From Candidatus Latescibacterota bacterium (lineage in GTDB: Bacteria; Latescibacterota; UBA2968; GCA-2709665): DNA of 64,000 nt. The stretch's first letter is position 1. Every line of letters begins with the position of its first letter. Of the stretch, positions 1-9,604 are shown in pieces. The translations under genes were made by a program, and so were the position numbers. Under the pieces are notes generated by a model. The model made no database searches, was not told the DNA's origin, and saw only the letters and a program-made list of their open reading frames with translations. The stretch lies in assembly GCA_963662665.2 (NCBI GenBank), contig CAXXJS010000025.1, positions 32,001 through 96,000 of the forward strand. The letters run 5' to 3'.

Positions 1-3000
1 CCGTAAACGTAAGCAAAGTCAGCGTGACCGCCGTCAGTCCGCTGCGCAAGGGTCGCTTCCGCAGATTCGAAACCCCCAGCGTAAATGCCACGACTGTTGC
101 CGAGATCCGCCCAACGTCCTCCTCGTACACACCCGTAGCGGACTGCTTCAGACGCCTTACCTGATCGGCGAACCTGGACACCACGATCACCATTGCAACG
201 CCGCCCAGACACAGAATCACAAAAGCCAGAAAGATGATGTAAGGAGAACCGGACAGCTGGAACGCTGGATGCACCCACCGGAGCGCAAGGAACATGGCCA
301 CGAGAATCCCGGCGAATCCGACGATCCGTCTCTGGACGTCGGGAAATCCGAAAAACAGCCGCTCGCAGAAGAACGAAAACGGCAGCAGCAGGACGAAATA
401 GAAAATGACGCCCCGCACCGTGTCGTTGGCCGTCTCCTTTACCTCGGGGTAGCCGCGCGCCTCCAGCCCCCACGCCTCCCTCGACGCCGCAATGAACCGG
501 TCGTAGCTGCGGTCTTCCAGGTGACGCTGCGCCTCTAGAAGGGATGCGCGCGCGCGGTCGTGCAGCCGGGTAAGCCGCTGGTTCTCCACGCCGTAGCGCG
601 CCAGTTGCTTCATCCGCACGTCATCCACGATCCACATATCCCGCGCCGCCCGGTAGGAAGGCAGGGTAATCGCGCTTCCGTCCGGGACGTAGCCAACACC
701 CATGGAACGTTTCACCGTCGCCGCGTCCACCCGCCGCGGAGCGACGGGATTGGTCAACAGGTCTTCCGGCGCGTTGATAAGCAGGTACTTGATTCCGAAC
801 AGCCCGCTGCTCATCAGGATCTTGATCCGTTCACCGGGCGGCGCGAATGCCACCGACGCCTGGGTGACCTTTCCCTCCTTCCGGCCCTGGTTGGCCACGT
901 AACGAAATCCGTATTCTATCGGTTCGCTGTTGTCCCTTCCCAGTACCTTCATATGGTCCAGCACGGACAGATAGCTGGAATCTACAATCTCGAACAGGCT
1001 CAACGACCGGCACCTGAAAAGCACCCCCATCATCTCGTTGTCCCACCACCCGTATCCCTGAACCAGGGGATACTTCCCGTTTCTTCCATCCGAACCGGCG
1101 CCATCTATTCCCATATCCGGCGCCGAGACTATCCGTCCCTCCGCGTCGAGTTCGTATGCCAGAACCTGATTTGAAAAGCGGTTTCTCACAATATCGAATT
1201 CAAACCGGCCGGTCTGTGCGACCACATCCCTGGATCCGTACAACGTCCCTCCGGATGCCGAACCTTCGTAAATCGGGCCTCTGGTGGTCTGTGTGACCAT
1301 CAGCGTCCGGACGCCCGCCACGCTCACCGGCCCGGGCTGTTTGTACGTCACGAGCGCGCCGGGTACGGGAACCCGCGGAATCGCGAAATCCACGTCCCGG
1401 TCGAACCAGAGAATGCGGCCGGACAGACGATGCCCGCGGTCCATCAGCCGAAGCTGGGTTTCCCGGAAGAAGGCCGGGTCGTTCCCGGCCCTGATCATCA
1501 TGGAAGCCAACGACCGCACCTGGTCGGTCAGCCGGTCAAACGCCATGGCCTCCGGAAGATCGAGCGGCGTGTCCGTGCGAACACGGCCGTCGTACAGCGT
1601 CACCAGCGTCATGGCCTCCTGGCCGACGAATACCGCCGCCTCGCTCTCCAGGGCCAGGGGAACCGGCATGAACGACGTCCAGGGTCGCTTGGCCGGCGCC
1701 ACCACGTCTACGTAGCGCGCTTCTCCGGGGAAGAGCGTCGTTGCATATTCACGGAGCCTGTGGGAATAGGGCGTCAGCAGATTCTTGAGGTATTCGTCCG
1801 TCGCTTTGCCCGGATTGTAGAACGTGCCCATCGCGAATCCGCCCATCTGCCGGCTTCTGCTGGACAGGTCGAGTCCAATGAAAAGGCTGAAGTCGATCCG
1901 TTGGGCGTCAGGAATCTTGTCCAGGAAATAATCGCTCCTCCGGGAATGCCTGAAGAGGAAATCGTTGATTCCCGACAGGCCCTCGAAATGAGCCGAGGTG
2001 GCCAGAAAGAGAAACGAATGCCTGGAACCGTAGTGCTTCAGAGACCGGATCACCTCCAGCATCGCGGCAACGCCCGAGGCGCTCTCGGCGCCCGGGGCAA
2101 GCGCCGGCACCACGGACATCGCGTCCAGGTAGGCGCCGACGACAATCAGCCGGTCCTTCCACCTTCGGCCGGTCCCACCGGGTATGTACTCGTCCGATCC
2201 CGGCAGATATCCGTAGACATTCGCCGCCTCCACAGTCTCCCAGTCCATCCGGGCCGTCAGGTGCGCCCTGGCGTCCCCCATTTCAACCCGCTTCAGGAGG
2301 CGTTTCGCATCCTCCCGGTTAACCCAGAACCGGGGCACATTCACCGGTACCTCGAGAAGCTTGTCCTCCGCCTCCCCGCGCGTTACGTTTCCGTCGTCGA
2401 AGAACAGAATCGCCTTCGCACCCAGTGCGAGCGCATTCAGGTAGTTTTGCCCGCAGCCGAAGTCCATCAGCACCACACTGCCTTCCACAACCGCACCGTT
2501 GAAATCCGAAAACTCGCCCTTGCGTCCATAGATCAACGGCCCGGTAACACCGTCTGCCGGCAGCGTGGAGGTACGCACGTCGTTCGGCCAGAGGCAGTAA
2601 ACGGGCACTTTCTCCCCCGTGTTCTCCACCTTCAACACACCACCTCTGTCGATCGGCACGGTCACGTCGAACGTCTCCGTGGTAATTCGCTCCAGACCCA
2701 TCGCCTCGAATTGCGACCGGACGTAGTCCCGCGCGTGGCGCTCTCCGCCGTACCCCACCACGCGAGACGGCATCCGTGTCATCGCCGCCACATGGGACCG
2801 TACCTGTTCTTCGGTAATCGCATCCGCGACCCGTCGAACCGCCCGATCTTCGGCCGAGAGATCACCACGCACCAGTTCCGGAGGCGCCGCCTGCCGGATA
2901 TGGAGTGTATCCCGTATCACGTCGGACACTTCCTCGGGGTCGAACACCACCACGAGTGCGAGAACGCCAAGCGTCAGAAGAACGAGAAGAACCCTGTTGA

Positions 3001-3013
3001 TAACTGCAAACAT
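1..3013 (-). CDS. FtsX/MacB-like permease family protein with N-terminal PA + degenerate M28 peptidase-like domain (3' end runs off the window)
   Basis: Not in the ORF track because it has no stop inside the window. Hand translation of segments from ATG 3013: MFAVINRVLLVLLTLGVLALVVVF (TM), LWPNDVRTSTLP, IVVGAYLDAMSVVPALAPGAESASGVAAMLE (M28-like), FIGLDLSS, and at the window edge LGVSNLRKRPLRSGLTAVTLTLLTF (MacB/FtsX-type motif). Confidence 0.8.
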   Translation of the reverse strand, partial: MFAVINRVLLVLLTLGVLALVVVFDPEEVSDVIRDTLHIRQAAPPELVRGDLSAEDRAVRRVADAITEEQVRSHVAAMTRMPSRVVGYGGERHARDYVRSQFEAMGLERITTETFDVTVPIDRGGVLKVENTGEKVPVYCLWPNDVRTSTLPADGVTGPLIYGRKGEFSDFNGAVVEGSVVLMDFGCGQNYLNALALGAKAILFFDDGNVTRGEAEDKLLEVPVNVPRFWVNREDAKRLLKRVEMGDARAHLTARMDWETVEAANVYGYLPGSDEYIPGGTGRRWKDRLIVVGAYLDAMSVVPALAPGAESASGVAAMLEVIRSLKHYGSRHSFLFLATSAHFEGLSGINDFLFRHSRRSDYFLDKIPDAQRIDFSLFIGLDLSSRSRQMGGFAMGTFYNPGKATDEYLKNLLTPYSHRLREYATTLFPGEARYVDVVAPAKRPWTSFMPVPLALESEAAVFVGQEAMTLVTLYDGRVRTDTPLDLPEAMAFDRLTDQVRSLASMMIRAGNDPAFFRETQLRLMDRGHRLSGRILWFDRDVDFAIPRVPVPGALVTYKQPGPVSVAGVRTLMVTQTTRGPIYEGSASGGTLYGSRDVVAQTGRFEFDIVRNRFSNQVLAYELDAEGRIVSAPDMGIDGAGSDGRNGKYPLVQGYGWWDNEMMGVLFRCRSLSLFEIVDSSYLSVLDHMKVLGRDNSEPIEYGFRYVANQGRKEGKVTQASVAFAPPGERIKILMSSGLFGIKYLLINAPEDLLTNPVAPRRVDAATVKRSMGVGYVPDGSAITLPSYRAARDMWIVDDVRMKQLARYGVENQRLTRLHDRARASLLEAQRHLEDRSYDRFIAASREAWGLEARGYPEVKETANDTVRGVIFYFVLLLPFSFFCERLFFGFPDVQRRIVGFAGILVAMFLALRWVHPAFQLSGSPYIIFLAFVILCLGGVAMVIVVSRFADQVRRLKQSATGVYEEDVGRISATVVAFTLGVSNLRKRPLRSGLTAVTLTLLTFT

Positions 3014-3025
3014 CAGTGCGCCAGC

Positions 3026-4990
3026 CTATTCAATCCACGGGTGGATGCTGTGTCCGGCTCCGGGAAACATGAACATATCTACGAGGAATGCGCCCGTTAT
3101 CCCAAGTACGTGCCCCACCAGCAGGCCGAGGAAGAACGGCTGCGCCTGTCTGAACAGGGTGTTCCCGCCCACACGCAGGATGACCGTTTTGCACGACCAC
3201 GCCAGAAACAGCGTGAGCGCGAAATTCCGTACCAGATCGGTCCCCATTATGGCAAACCCCACGGGATGGATTGGCCACCAGGGAAACCTGTAGCGGAGGA
3301 ACGTGAGAACCACCATAGCCCCGGCCCCGATACCGAAAAACATGATTCGATTCCAGTCGACCTCGAACGGTTCCTTGATCTTGCTTACGGTGTCCGGAAA
3401 ATTGTGCACGCCACCGCAGATGAAACCGTGTCCGAAATTCTCGGCCCCGCCGGTATAACCCAGATAGAGGGTCCCGATAATCACGACCAGGGTCGTTGCC
3501 ACGAACGACAGACCGACCGCCCAGAACAGCCGCCTCCCCCGGTCCCGGATCTGTTCGCCCACCTTGGCCACGTGCGACATTTGCGACGTCGAATTCGCGT
3601 GAATCGGGTACGAAAACAGGAGCGTGGTGAGACTCGATGGCGACACAGCCCTGGCGCCGAGCAGATACACCGAAAAGCTCTGCGCGGTCATCGGCCCCTG
3701 TACATACAACAGGCCGGATTCGGCAATGATTCGCGCCACTCCGATGTAGAGAATAAACAGCATTGTCACCAGCGGAATGGCCATCTGCAAGTCCATTCCC
3801 GCCCTGTTCAGCCACACAACGGCAAATACGAAACCCACCAGAATCCCGACGACCGCGGTCCGATACGACAGCATCTCCCTCGAATCGTCCACCGAATGGT
3901 CCGACCGCCAGGCCTTCAACAGCACGTCCTTCAAGTGGCGCCTGGCCATCCACAGGCCGAACAGCACAAAGACGCAGAACGCCCCGAGCCCCTGCCAGCT
4001 TGACGCGGCGTCGTAGGATCCGTACCGGTCGCCTCGACCTCCGATGCTGTAGCCCACCCGGTTGAAAATGCCGAATTCCAGCACGAACACGGCGAAGAAG
4101 AACCAGACGCTGAACAGAACGTCCAGGTTTGCGAAATAGGAAAACGCAAAGGTGAACGGGTCAATATAGCTGAACATCGGCGGCATATCCCGCCCGAAGA
4201 AGGCGTATACTCGGCCGCGAACCGGCATCTCGGGAAAGGCAGGGGAAATCCATGGCAGCGCATTCCAGAAAATAAAGACAAAAGCGATCCCCGCGCCGAA
4301 CCAGAACAGCTTTCCTCGGGCGAATTTCGGCCACAAACCGCCCGAGTCGGACCCGGAGGCCATCTCCACAATCGGTTCCAGGACCGGGTATCGCAGCCGC
4401 TCGTGCTCCACCCACTGTTTCCGGAGTATCACCGAAAGCGAAGCCGCGGCGAAAGCCAGCACGCAGAACAGAAGCACCCACCAGAACATGGGAACGACCC
4501 ACGCCCCCCATGGAATCGTGCCCTGACCGCCCGGCAGGCCGTTGAAGAGAAGGGTGACGGCGCCGTCCACGTCCAGGGGCGCGACCCACGAAGGCAGGTG
4601 CGGATGAAGCAGGTTGCCCCACTGGTTTTCCGGAGTGGCCAGGTAGTACGGAATGGTTATAAAAGCATACAATGCCGAGATGGGAGCGCCGCCCATCAGC
4701 CCCATCGCGAATATGGTAAGGATCTCCGCGAGGCTCAGCCCCGCGGACCGGACGACCCGCTTCAGGAAAGGATTGAGGGCGAACAGGACGAGGAGGATCG
4801 CGATAAACAGGGCTGGCGAAAGAAATCCGGCCGTCACACCGGACGATCGGATCACGCGGCTGGAAAAGATGCCCCAGCCCTGAATGAACAGGGCTACGCC
4901 AAGACCGATGGCGACCGCCCGCACGGTTACGCCGCGTCGTTCCGGGCCTGACGCCGCTTCAGGAATCGAATCCCGTTGTGCTTGCTGCAT
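3026..4990 (-). CDS. DUF6785/DUF6784-family polytopic membrane protein (putative peptide/oligosaccharide transporter)
   Basis: ORF 3026..5047 with many TM helices and motifs LRKQWVEHERLRYP, RIIAESGL, RYRFPWWPIHPVG. The start at 4990 follows GGAGAAGG. Confidence 0.75.
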   Translation of the reverse strand: MQQAQRDSIPEAASGPERRGVTVRAVAIGLGVALFIQGWGIFSSRVIRSSGVTAGFLSPALFIAILLVLFALNPFLKRVVRSAGLSLAEILTIFAMGLMGGAPISALYAFITIPYYLATPENQWGNLLHPHLPSWVAPLDVDGAVTLLFNGLPGGQGTIPWGAWVVPMFWWVLLFCVLAFAAASLSVILRKQWVEHERLRYPVLEPIVEMASGSDSGGLWPKFARGKLFWFGAGIAFVFIFWNALPWISPAFPEMPVRGRVYAFFGRDMPPMFSYIDPFTFAFSYFANLDVLFSVWFFFAVFVLEFGIFNRVGYSIGGRGDRYGSYDAASSWQGLGAFCVFVLFGLWMARRHLKDVLLKAWRSDHSVDDSREMLSYRTAVVGILVGFVFAVVWLNRAGMDLQMAIPLVTMLFILYIGVARIIAESGLLYVQGPMTAQSFSVYLLGARAVSPSSLTTLLFSYPIHANSTSQMSHVAKVGEQIRDRGRRLFWAVGLSFVATTLVVIIGTLYLGYTGGAENFGHGFICGGVHNFPDTVSKIKEPFEVDWNRIMFFGIGAGAMVVLTFLRYRFPWWPIHPVGFAIMGTDLVRNFALTLFLAWSCKTVILRVGGNTLFRQAQPFFLGLLVGHVLGITGAFLVDMFMFPGAGHSIHPWIE

Positions 4991-5086
4991 ATCCTTCTCC
5001 AGGCTTGTCTGCACCATGTGTGTTGGGTCTTCACGCGTCCCGGCCACCGTACCGCCTGCTTCGGAAGACGGGAAATGACAACGCGC

Positions 5087-5114
5087 ATAATATGGAAATA
5101 TCTCGAATTTTCAA
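5087..5114 (-). promoter_or_regulatory. Putative sigma70 promoter for the DUF6785-FtsX genes
   Basis: Minus strand reads TTGAAA-N16-TATTAT in an AT-rich intergenic gap. Confidence 0.4.
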
Positions 5115-5168
5115 GGGAAAAGGCCCTCCACGTCCGAACTCCGGGCCGTGCTATCGAACCCCGCAGCG

Positions 5169-8100
5169 TCATTTCCGCGACCCGATTCCCATCGGATTTC
5201 GGGTCCGCCGTACCAGGCATTCGCTGCCTGAATTCGGAATCGAAATCCGATCGCCGGGTTTGAAGTCCAGGACTTCGAAACGGCTGCCCGGCCGCAGCCC
5301 TGCGACCGATTCCAGCCGGATCTTCTTGAATGCAAGCAGTTCGACGATCCGCGACGCGAACGAGCCGTCCTCCGTACGCAGCACCTTTCCACTGTATTCG
5401 CCCTTGTCACCGCTGTTGTTGAAACCCCAGGCAAACGCAAGCGGGACGTCACAGTCCAGAATATCCGGAGCCTCCACGGAGACAACCCTCCCTCTGGCCA
5501 GCCGGGGATCGCCGTGTTGCAGAACAAGCCGGGGCCTTCGCCCGTCGGCGACGGCCGTAACCCGGTAGCCCGAACCGTGGGAATAGGCCGTGTCTCCGGG
5601 GTACGCTTCCACGCGGCACAACCGCCCCTCCAGCGGCATCCCTTCCGGCAGGCCGCGGTCGATCGACACGGACTCTCCATCGGCATCCACTTCCGCTATC
5701 CGCGCTTCGAAACGAGCCCGGGAGAGCGTCGTTTCGGCGTGTCCAAACCGGAGGCGCGTACCTTCCACCAGGAATAGAGCCACCTCTCCGTCTCGTTCGC
5801 GTACGACGCCGAACCGCCCGGAAAGCGCTATGGGTACCCCGTCGGAATCCCGGATTTCGATTGAGCCATCCCTCGAAAAGAGCAGCGTATCCCGCCTGCC
5901 GTCCGCCAGTTCGATCCTCACCGCTGCGCTGCCTGTTTCCGCGTCGCGAGCAAGCACCCTGGCCTGCACCACGTTGCGTGAAACGGAAAACGCCTCGAAC
6001 ACGCTGACGAACAGGCTTTTCAGATCCTCTCCTTCCCTCCGTACTATCAGCCGCTGGATCTGCTGGGCGCCTTTCAAATCGGGTCCCTTCGCGGCGATCA
6101 GGGTCGCAGAGGGGTCGGCGGGAAACCAGATACCGTATCGGGTGTCTCGCGCATCTCCGAACCGCCAGTGCGCGTACGCGTCCCGATCCAGCGGCGCGGT
6201 TCTGACGTCGTGGATGAACGCGTACCCGTTTCCGGGAGGCGGCAGCCATCCGTAGGGCAGCGGGCTTCCATCCGGGGCGGCCACGCCCTGAATCCGGTCG
6301 TTCGGGCCGATCCGCTCCCCCCAGCTTTTCCCAGGCGCGTTCGCCCCTTCGGAACCGTCCACCGTCCCGAGCCCCGCCAGTGTCCAGACTCCCGGGCGGG
6401 CCTCCGGAGACACGCCGTCCAGCGAAAACGACCCTGTATCCCCCTCGAAAAACCTGGGACCGTTCATCGCATAGTCATGAATTAGTCCGCCTGCCACCAG
6501 GAAAAGATCCAGCGTATAGGACGTCTCCTCGTCGACGTCGCAGAAAATCAGCGCCCTGCGGTATTCGGTCGCACCCTGGTGGATCCTGGACAGCGGCGCG
6601 GAGTACTCCGCGATCTTCACGCCGCCCAGATCCTCAAAGGTCACCAGGTCCGCACTGGGCACAAACTCGTAGCCCTGAGACGTCGGGATGTCCTCGTCTA
6701 CCGTCACCATCGCGTGGGAAATCGCCCGCATGCCCCATCCTTTGTGCACGTGCGAACCGGCCAGGGCGTAACCAACGTCTTCGATAACTGTGCGGCCCTT
6801 GTCATACAGAAAAACCGCCAACTGATCGTCCTGCGACAGCAGATTCGCGCCCCCGCGCACAACCAGCGCGCGCGACCGGTCGCCGGTCCCGCTGCGGAGC
6901 ACCACCACGCCCTTGTGACCGGCGAACGAAGAGGCGGATTGCGGCTCGGCCCGGTCTTCCCCGGCGGGCCCGGGCTCCGAATTGAACAGGGCCCAGGCGC
7001 CGTTACGGACATTTTCCGCCGCGCCGTCCGACAGGTCCAGCATCAGTTCCTTCGCCCGAAGCCTCGTTTCCACATCGTCGCTCCGAATGTGGAGCCGTTC
7101 CAGCAGAGCCCATTGCGAGGGCATCACCTGGCGTTCCGAAGGCGGCAGATAGCCCGGGAGCGCGTTCGTATTTCCATAAGAGGGGATGCGCCCACACGCC
7201 CGCGTCAGCTCCGGGTATTCAAGGCACAAGCGGACGAGGCGGGGGTGATCAAAGGCGTTTCTCATCCCCATCAGCGCTTCCGCCCCTGGATACTCGTCGG
7301 GTGACGCGTACTTGCCGGGATCGTATTGGTACATCAGTTCCGCCACGTCCTGCATCAGCGTACCGGAGAAATACGCGTACATCTCGGAGTTCTCGTAGTA
7401 TCCCCCGTCCCGGCCGATCACATTGTCCAGAAAGGACCGGAACGCGCTGCCCGCCCACGTGATGAAATCGGGTCTGTCCGTTGCCAGACCGATCGACAGC
7501 AGCGCCCGGAATCCATCCAGTTCGTGATTCTGGAAATGGGTGAGATTTCCCTCTCGCAGGTTATACCCGCCTCCTTCCGTCATCACGTAGTCTTCCAGCA
7601 TACCCTCGGCGATATTTCCCCGAATGCTCACGCGCCGGTCGCCCCGAGTCGGAGACGGTTCATCCATCATTGCAAGACCGGAGATCAGGTCGTAAGCCTG
7701 CATGTCCACGAAACGTTGCCGGTTGACGTGGCACGTCTCCGCGTGCATGCGCCCCATTTCCCGCTCCCGCGAGCCCTCCGGAATATCCAGCGGACCGATC
7801 GTCGTAGGCGCCAGCGTGGCCAGTGCGTCGTAAATAAGCAGCGCTTTTTCGCCGAACCGGGTCTCGCCGGTAATCGCGTAGGCGAGGGCCAGATTCAGCA
7901 GTGCGTTGTCCGTGGGGCCGCCGGACCCGTATGAGTAGGTACTCAGCATGCTCACCACAAAGCTGTTCCATACGGGCACCGGCGCGAACCATTTTCCCTC
8001 GAAGTAAAAGCCGTGCCCGCCGTCGCGGAATGGAGATCCCTTTCGGTCCTCGGGATACTCCCGCCCACACGCCTCGCAAGAAGCCCGCCCGGGCTGTGAC

Positions 8101-8363
8101 AGGTCGCACCGCCACGCCGCCTTGCAGCAGGGACTCCCGTTCCGCCCGCTGCAGAAAATCGCCCCCCTGTCCGGCACCAGTGCGTGTATCTGCTCGTCGG
8201 ACATGCGGACCCACTTCTCCCCAATCGCGCTGATCCGCGCCCACTCCTTCGCCGCCCACGCCTGGGTACGGATGTTCTCCCGGGCCCTGCGAATCGCATC
8301 CACCGTGTACCAGATGGATCGACCCGGCCGCGGGACCCGCGCATCCTGCACAACAGGCAACAT
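5169..8363 (-). CDS. Heparinase II/III-family (polysaccharide lyase-like) protein with N-terminal Cys cluster, no signal peptide
   Basis: ORF 5169..8531; start re-assigned to ATG 8363 after GGAGG. Motifs LALAYAITGE, QNHE, DGGYYENSEMY, VVLRSG, DVGY, SHAMVTVD, YRRALI. Confidence 0.75.
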   Translation of the reverse strand: MLPVVQDARVPRPGRSIWYTVDAIRRARENIRTQAWAAKEWARISAIGEKWVRMSDEQIHALVPDRGAIFCSGRNGSPCCKAAWRCDLSQPGRASCEACGREYPEDRKGSPFRDGGHGFYFEGKWFAPVPVWNSFVVSMLSTYSYGSGGPTDNALLNLALAYAITGETRFGEKALLIYDALATLAPTTIGPLDIPEGSREREMGRMHAETCHVNRQRFVDMQAYDLISGLAMMDEPSPTRGDRRVSIRGNIAEGMLEDYVMTEGGGYNLREGNLTHFQNHELDGFRALLSIGLATDRPDFITWAGSAFRSFLDNVIGRDGGYYENSEMYAYFSGTLMQDVAELMYQYDPGKYASPDEYPGAEALMGMRNAFDHPRLVRLCLEYPELTRACGRIPSYGNTNALPGYLPPSERQVMPSQWALLERLHIRSDDVETRLRAKELMLDLSDGAAENVRNGAWALFNSEPGPAGEDRAEPQSASSFAGHKGVVVLRSGTGDRSRALVVRGGANLLSQDDQLAVFLYDKGRTVIEDVGYALAGSHVHKGWGMRAISHAMVTVDEDIPTSQGYEFVPSADLVTFEDLGGVKIAEYSAPLSRIHQGATEYRRALIFCDVDEETSYTLDLFLVAGGLIHDYAMNGPRFFEGDTGSFSLDGVSPEARPGVWTLAGLGTVDGSEGANAPGKSWGERIGPNDRIQGVAAPDGSPLPYGWLPPPGNGYAFIHDVRTAPLDRDAYAHWRFGDARDTRYGIWFPADPSATLIAAKGPDLKGAQQIQRLIVRREGEDLKSLFVSVFEAFSVSRNVVQARVLARDAETGSAAVRIELADGRRDTLLFSRDGSIEIRDSDGVPIALSGRFGVVRERDGEVALFLVEGTRLRFGHAETTLSRARFEARIAEVDADGESVSIDRGLPEGMPLEGRLCRVEAYPGDTAYSHGSGYRVTAVADGRRPRLVLQHGDPRLARGRVVSVEAPDILDCDVPLAFAWGFNNSGDKGEYSGKVLRTEDGSFASRIVELLAFKKIRLESVAGLRPGSRFEVLDFKPGDRISIPNSGSECLVRRTRNPMGIGSRK

Positions 8364-8407
8364 AGGTTTCCCCTCCAGGTGTATTCCCGAGATGTCCCAG
8401 GGATCAC

Positions 8408-9439
8408 TTACGCGTCCTGAATCAATATTGCCTTTCCCGTACTGGCCGCCTCTCTTGCCGCAAGCGCGATTCTCATGGCGAGTTTGCCGTCTTCGCCCTT
8501 CGTCAGCGGCGTTTTTCCCTCTCGCACGCACCCGACGAAATGCTCGACTTCGGCGAGCAGCGTTCCCTGGATGCCGCGCTCACCCATTGGCCACGTCACC
8601 GAATCGGCCACCTGGTAGCCGGCATCCGAAAACACCTTCAGGGGCTGGGACATGAAGTCCACGTGCAGGACGCCGCTGTCTCCCAGAATCTCGATGTTCC
8701 GGTCCACGCCGTGAGGATAGGTTCCCGGGTACGCAAAGGTCTCGTAGAGCGCCGCGATGGACCCGTTGGGGAACCTGAACGTCATCACCGCGCAATCGGT
8801 AAAGTTCTGGTCCTTCAGAATCAGCTGTCCCATCTCGCCGTACACCCGTTCGGGTGCGCCTCCCATCAACCAGCAAACCAGATCGATATTATGTGGTCCG
8901 GCATAGTTCAGGACGCCGCCGGTCTCATCGTCATTCACCCATGCCCTGCCCCTCAACACGGAAAGCGGATGGCATCGCCTGGCAAACATCATCCTGGGCG
9001 TGCCGATCTCGCCGGCGTCAATCCGCCTTTTGGCTTCGGCGCAGGGATGGCTGTACCGCTCGGTGAACCCGATCATCAGGATCACGCCACTCTCCCGCGC
9101 CGCCCCAATCATCCGGTCCGCCTCTGCGGGAGTTCGGCACATCGGCTTCTCGCACAGTACGTGTTTTCTTGCCTGCGCGGCCAGGACGGTGTGTTCGCAG
9201 TGGAATTCGTCGGGAGTAGCGACAATAACCGCATGGATATCCGGATCCCCCAACATGGAACGATAGTCGGCGGTCCATCCGGGAACCCCGCAGGACTCAG
9301 CCGCCGCCCTGGCCGAATCCTCGCTCCGCGTGCAGAACGTCCGCACCTCGGCGCCCGCGCAGGACCGGATGGCCAGGGCAAAATTCCGCCCGGCCTTCCC
9401 CCCGCCGATAATTCCGATCCCAACGTCTTCATTTGACAT
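8408..9439 (-). CDS. Gfo/Idh/MocA family oxidoreductase
   Basis: GIIGGGKAG Rossmann motif, HVLCEKP, GGVLNYAGPHNID. The alternative ATG at 9466 lies inside a perfect hairpin, so 9439 is preferred. Confidence 0.92.
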   Translation of the reverse strand: MSNEDVGIGIIGGGKAGRNFALAIRSCAGAEVRTFCTRSEDSARAAAESCGVPGWTADYRSMLGDPDIHAVIVATPDEFHCEHTVLAAQARKHVLCEKPMCRTPAEADRMIGAARESGVILMIGFTERYSHPCAEAKRRIDAGEIGTPRMMFARRCHPLSVLRGRAWVNDDETGGVLNYAGPHNIDLVCWLMGGAPERVYGEMGQLILKDQNFTDCAVMTFRFPNGSIAALYETFAYPGTYPHGVDRNIEILGDSGVLHVDFMSQPLKVFSDAGYQVADSVTWPMGERGIQGTLLAEVEHFVGCVREGKTPLTKGEDGKLAMRIALAAREAASTGKAILIQDA

Positions 9440-9460
9440 GTCGATGCTCACAGGATTCTT

Positions 9461-9495
9461 CGGCATCGCTCAGAATGGCATTCTGAGCGATGCCG
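9461..9495. repeat. Perfect 17-bp inverted repeat
   Basis: CGGCATCGCTCAGAATG-G-CATTCTGAGCGATGCCG read directly from the sequence. Confidence 0.9.
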
Positions 9496-9503
9496 GTGTG
9501 AGG

Positions 9504-9528
9504 GTGGGGCAGACATTCCTGTCTGCCC
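9504..9528 (+). repeat. REP-like palindrome
   Basis: GTGG leader overlapping GGGCAGACA-TTCC-TGTCTGCCC: a GT(A/G)G tetranucleotide plus short hairpin, the usual REP layout. Confidence 0.65.
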
Positions 9529-9604
9529 GCTTCGCTGACCTTGAAACGTGCTCTTCACATGTATCTCATGCAATAATAATGCGTGACCAGGGTCAGCAGC
9601 AAGC

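Noticed and set aside
1430-4003. 857-aa plus-strand ORF
   Set aside because: Antisense shadow of the FtsX-M28 and DUF6785 genes; Arg/His/Pro-rich with no motifs.
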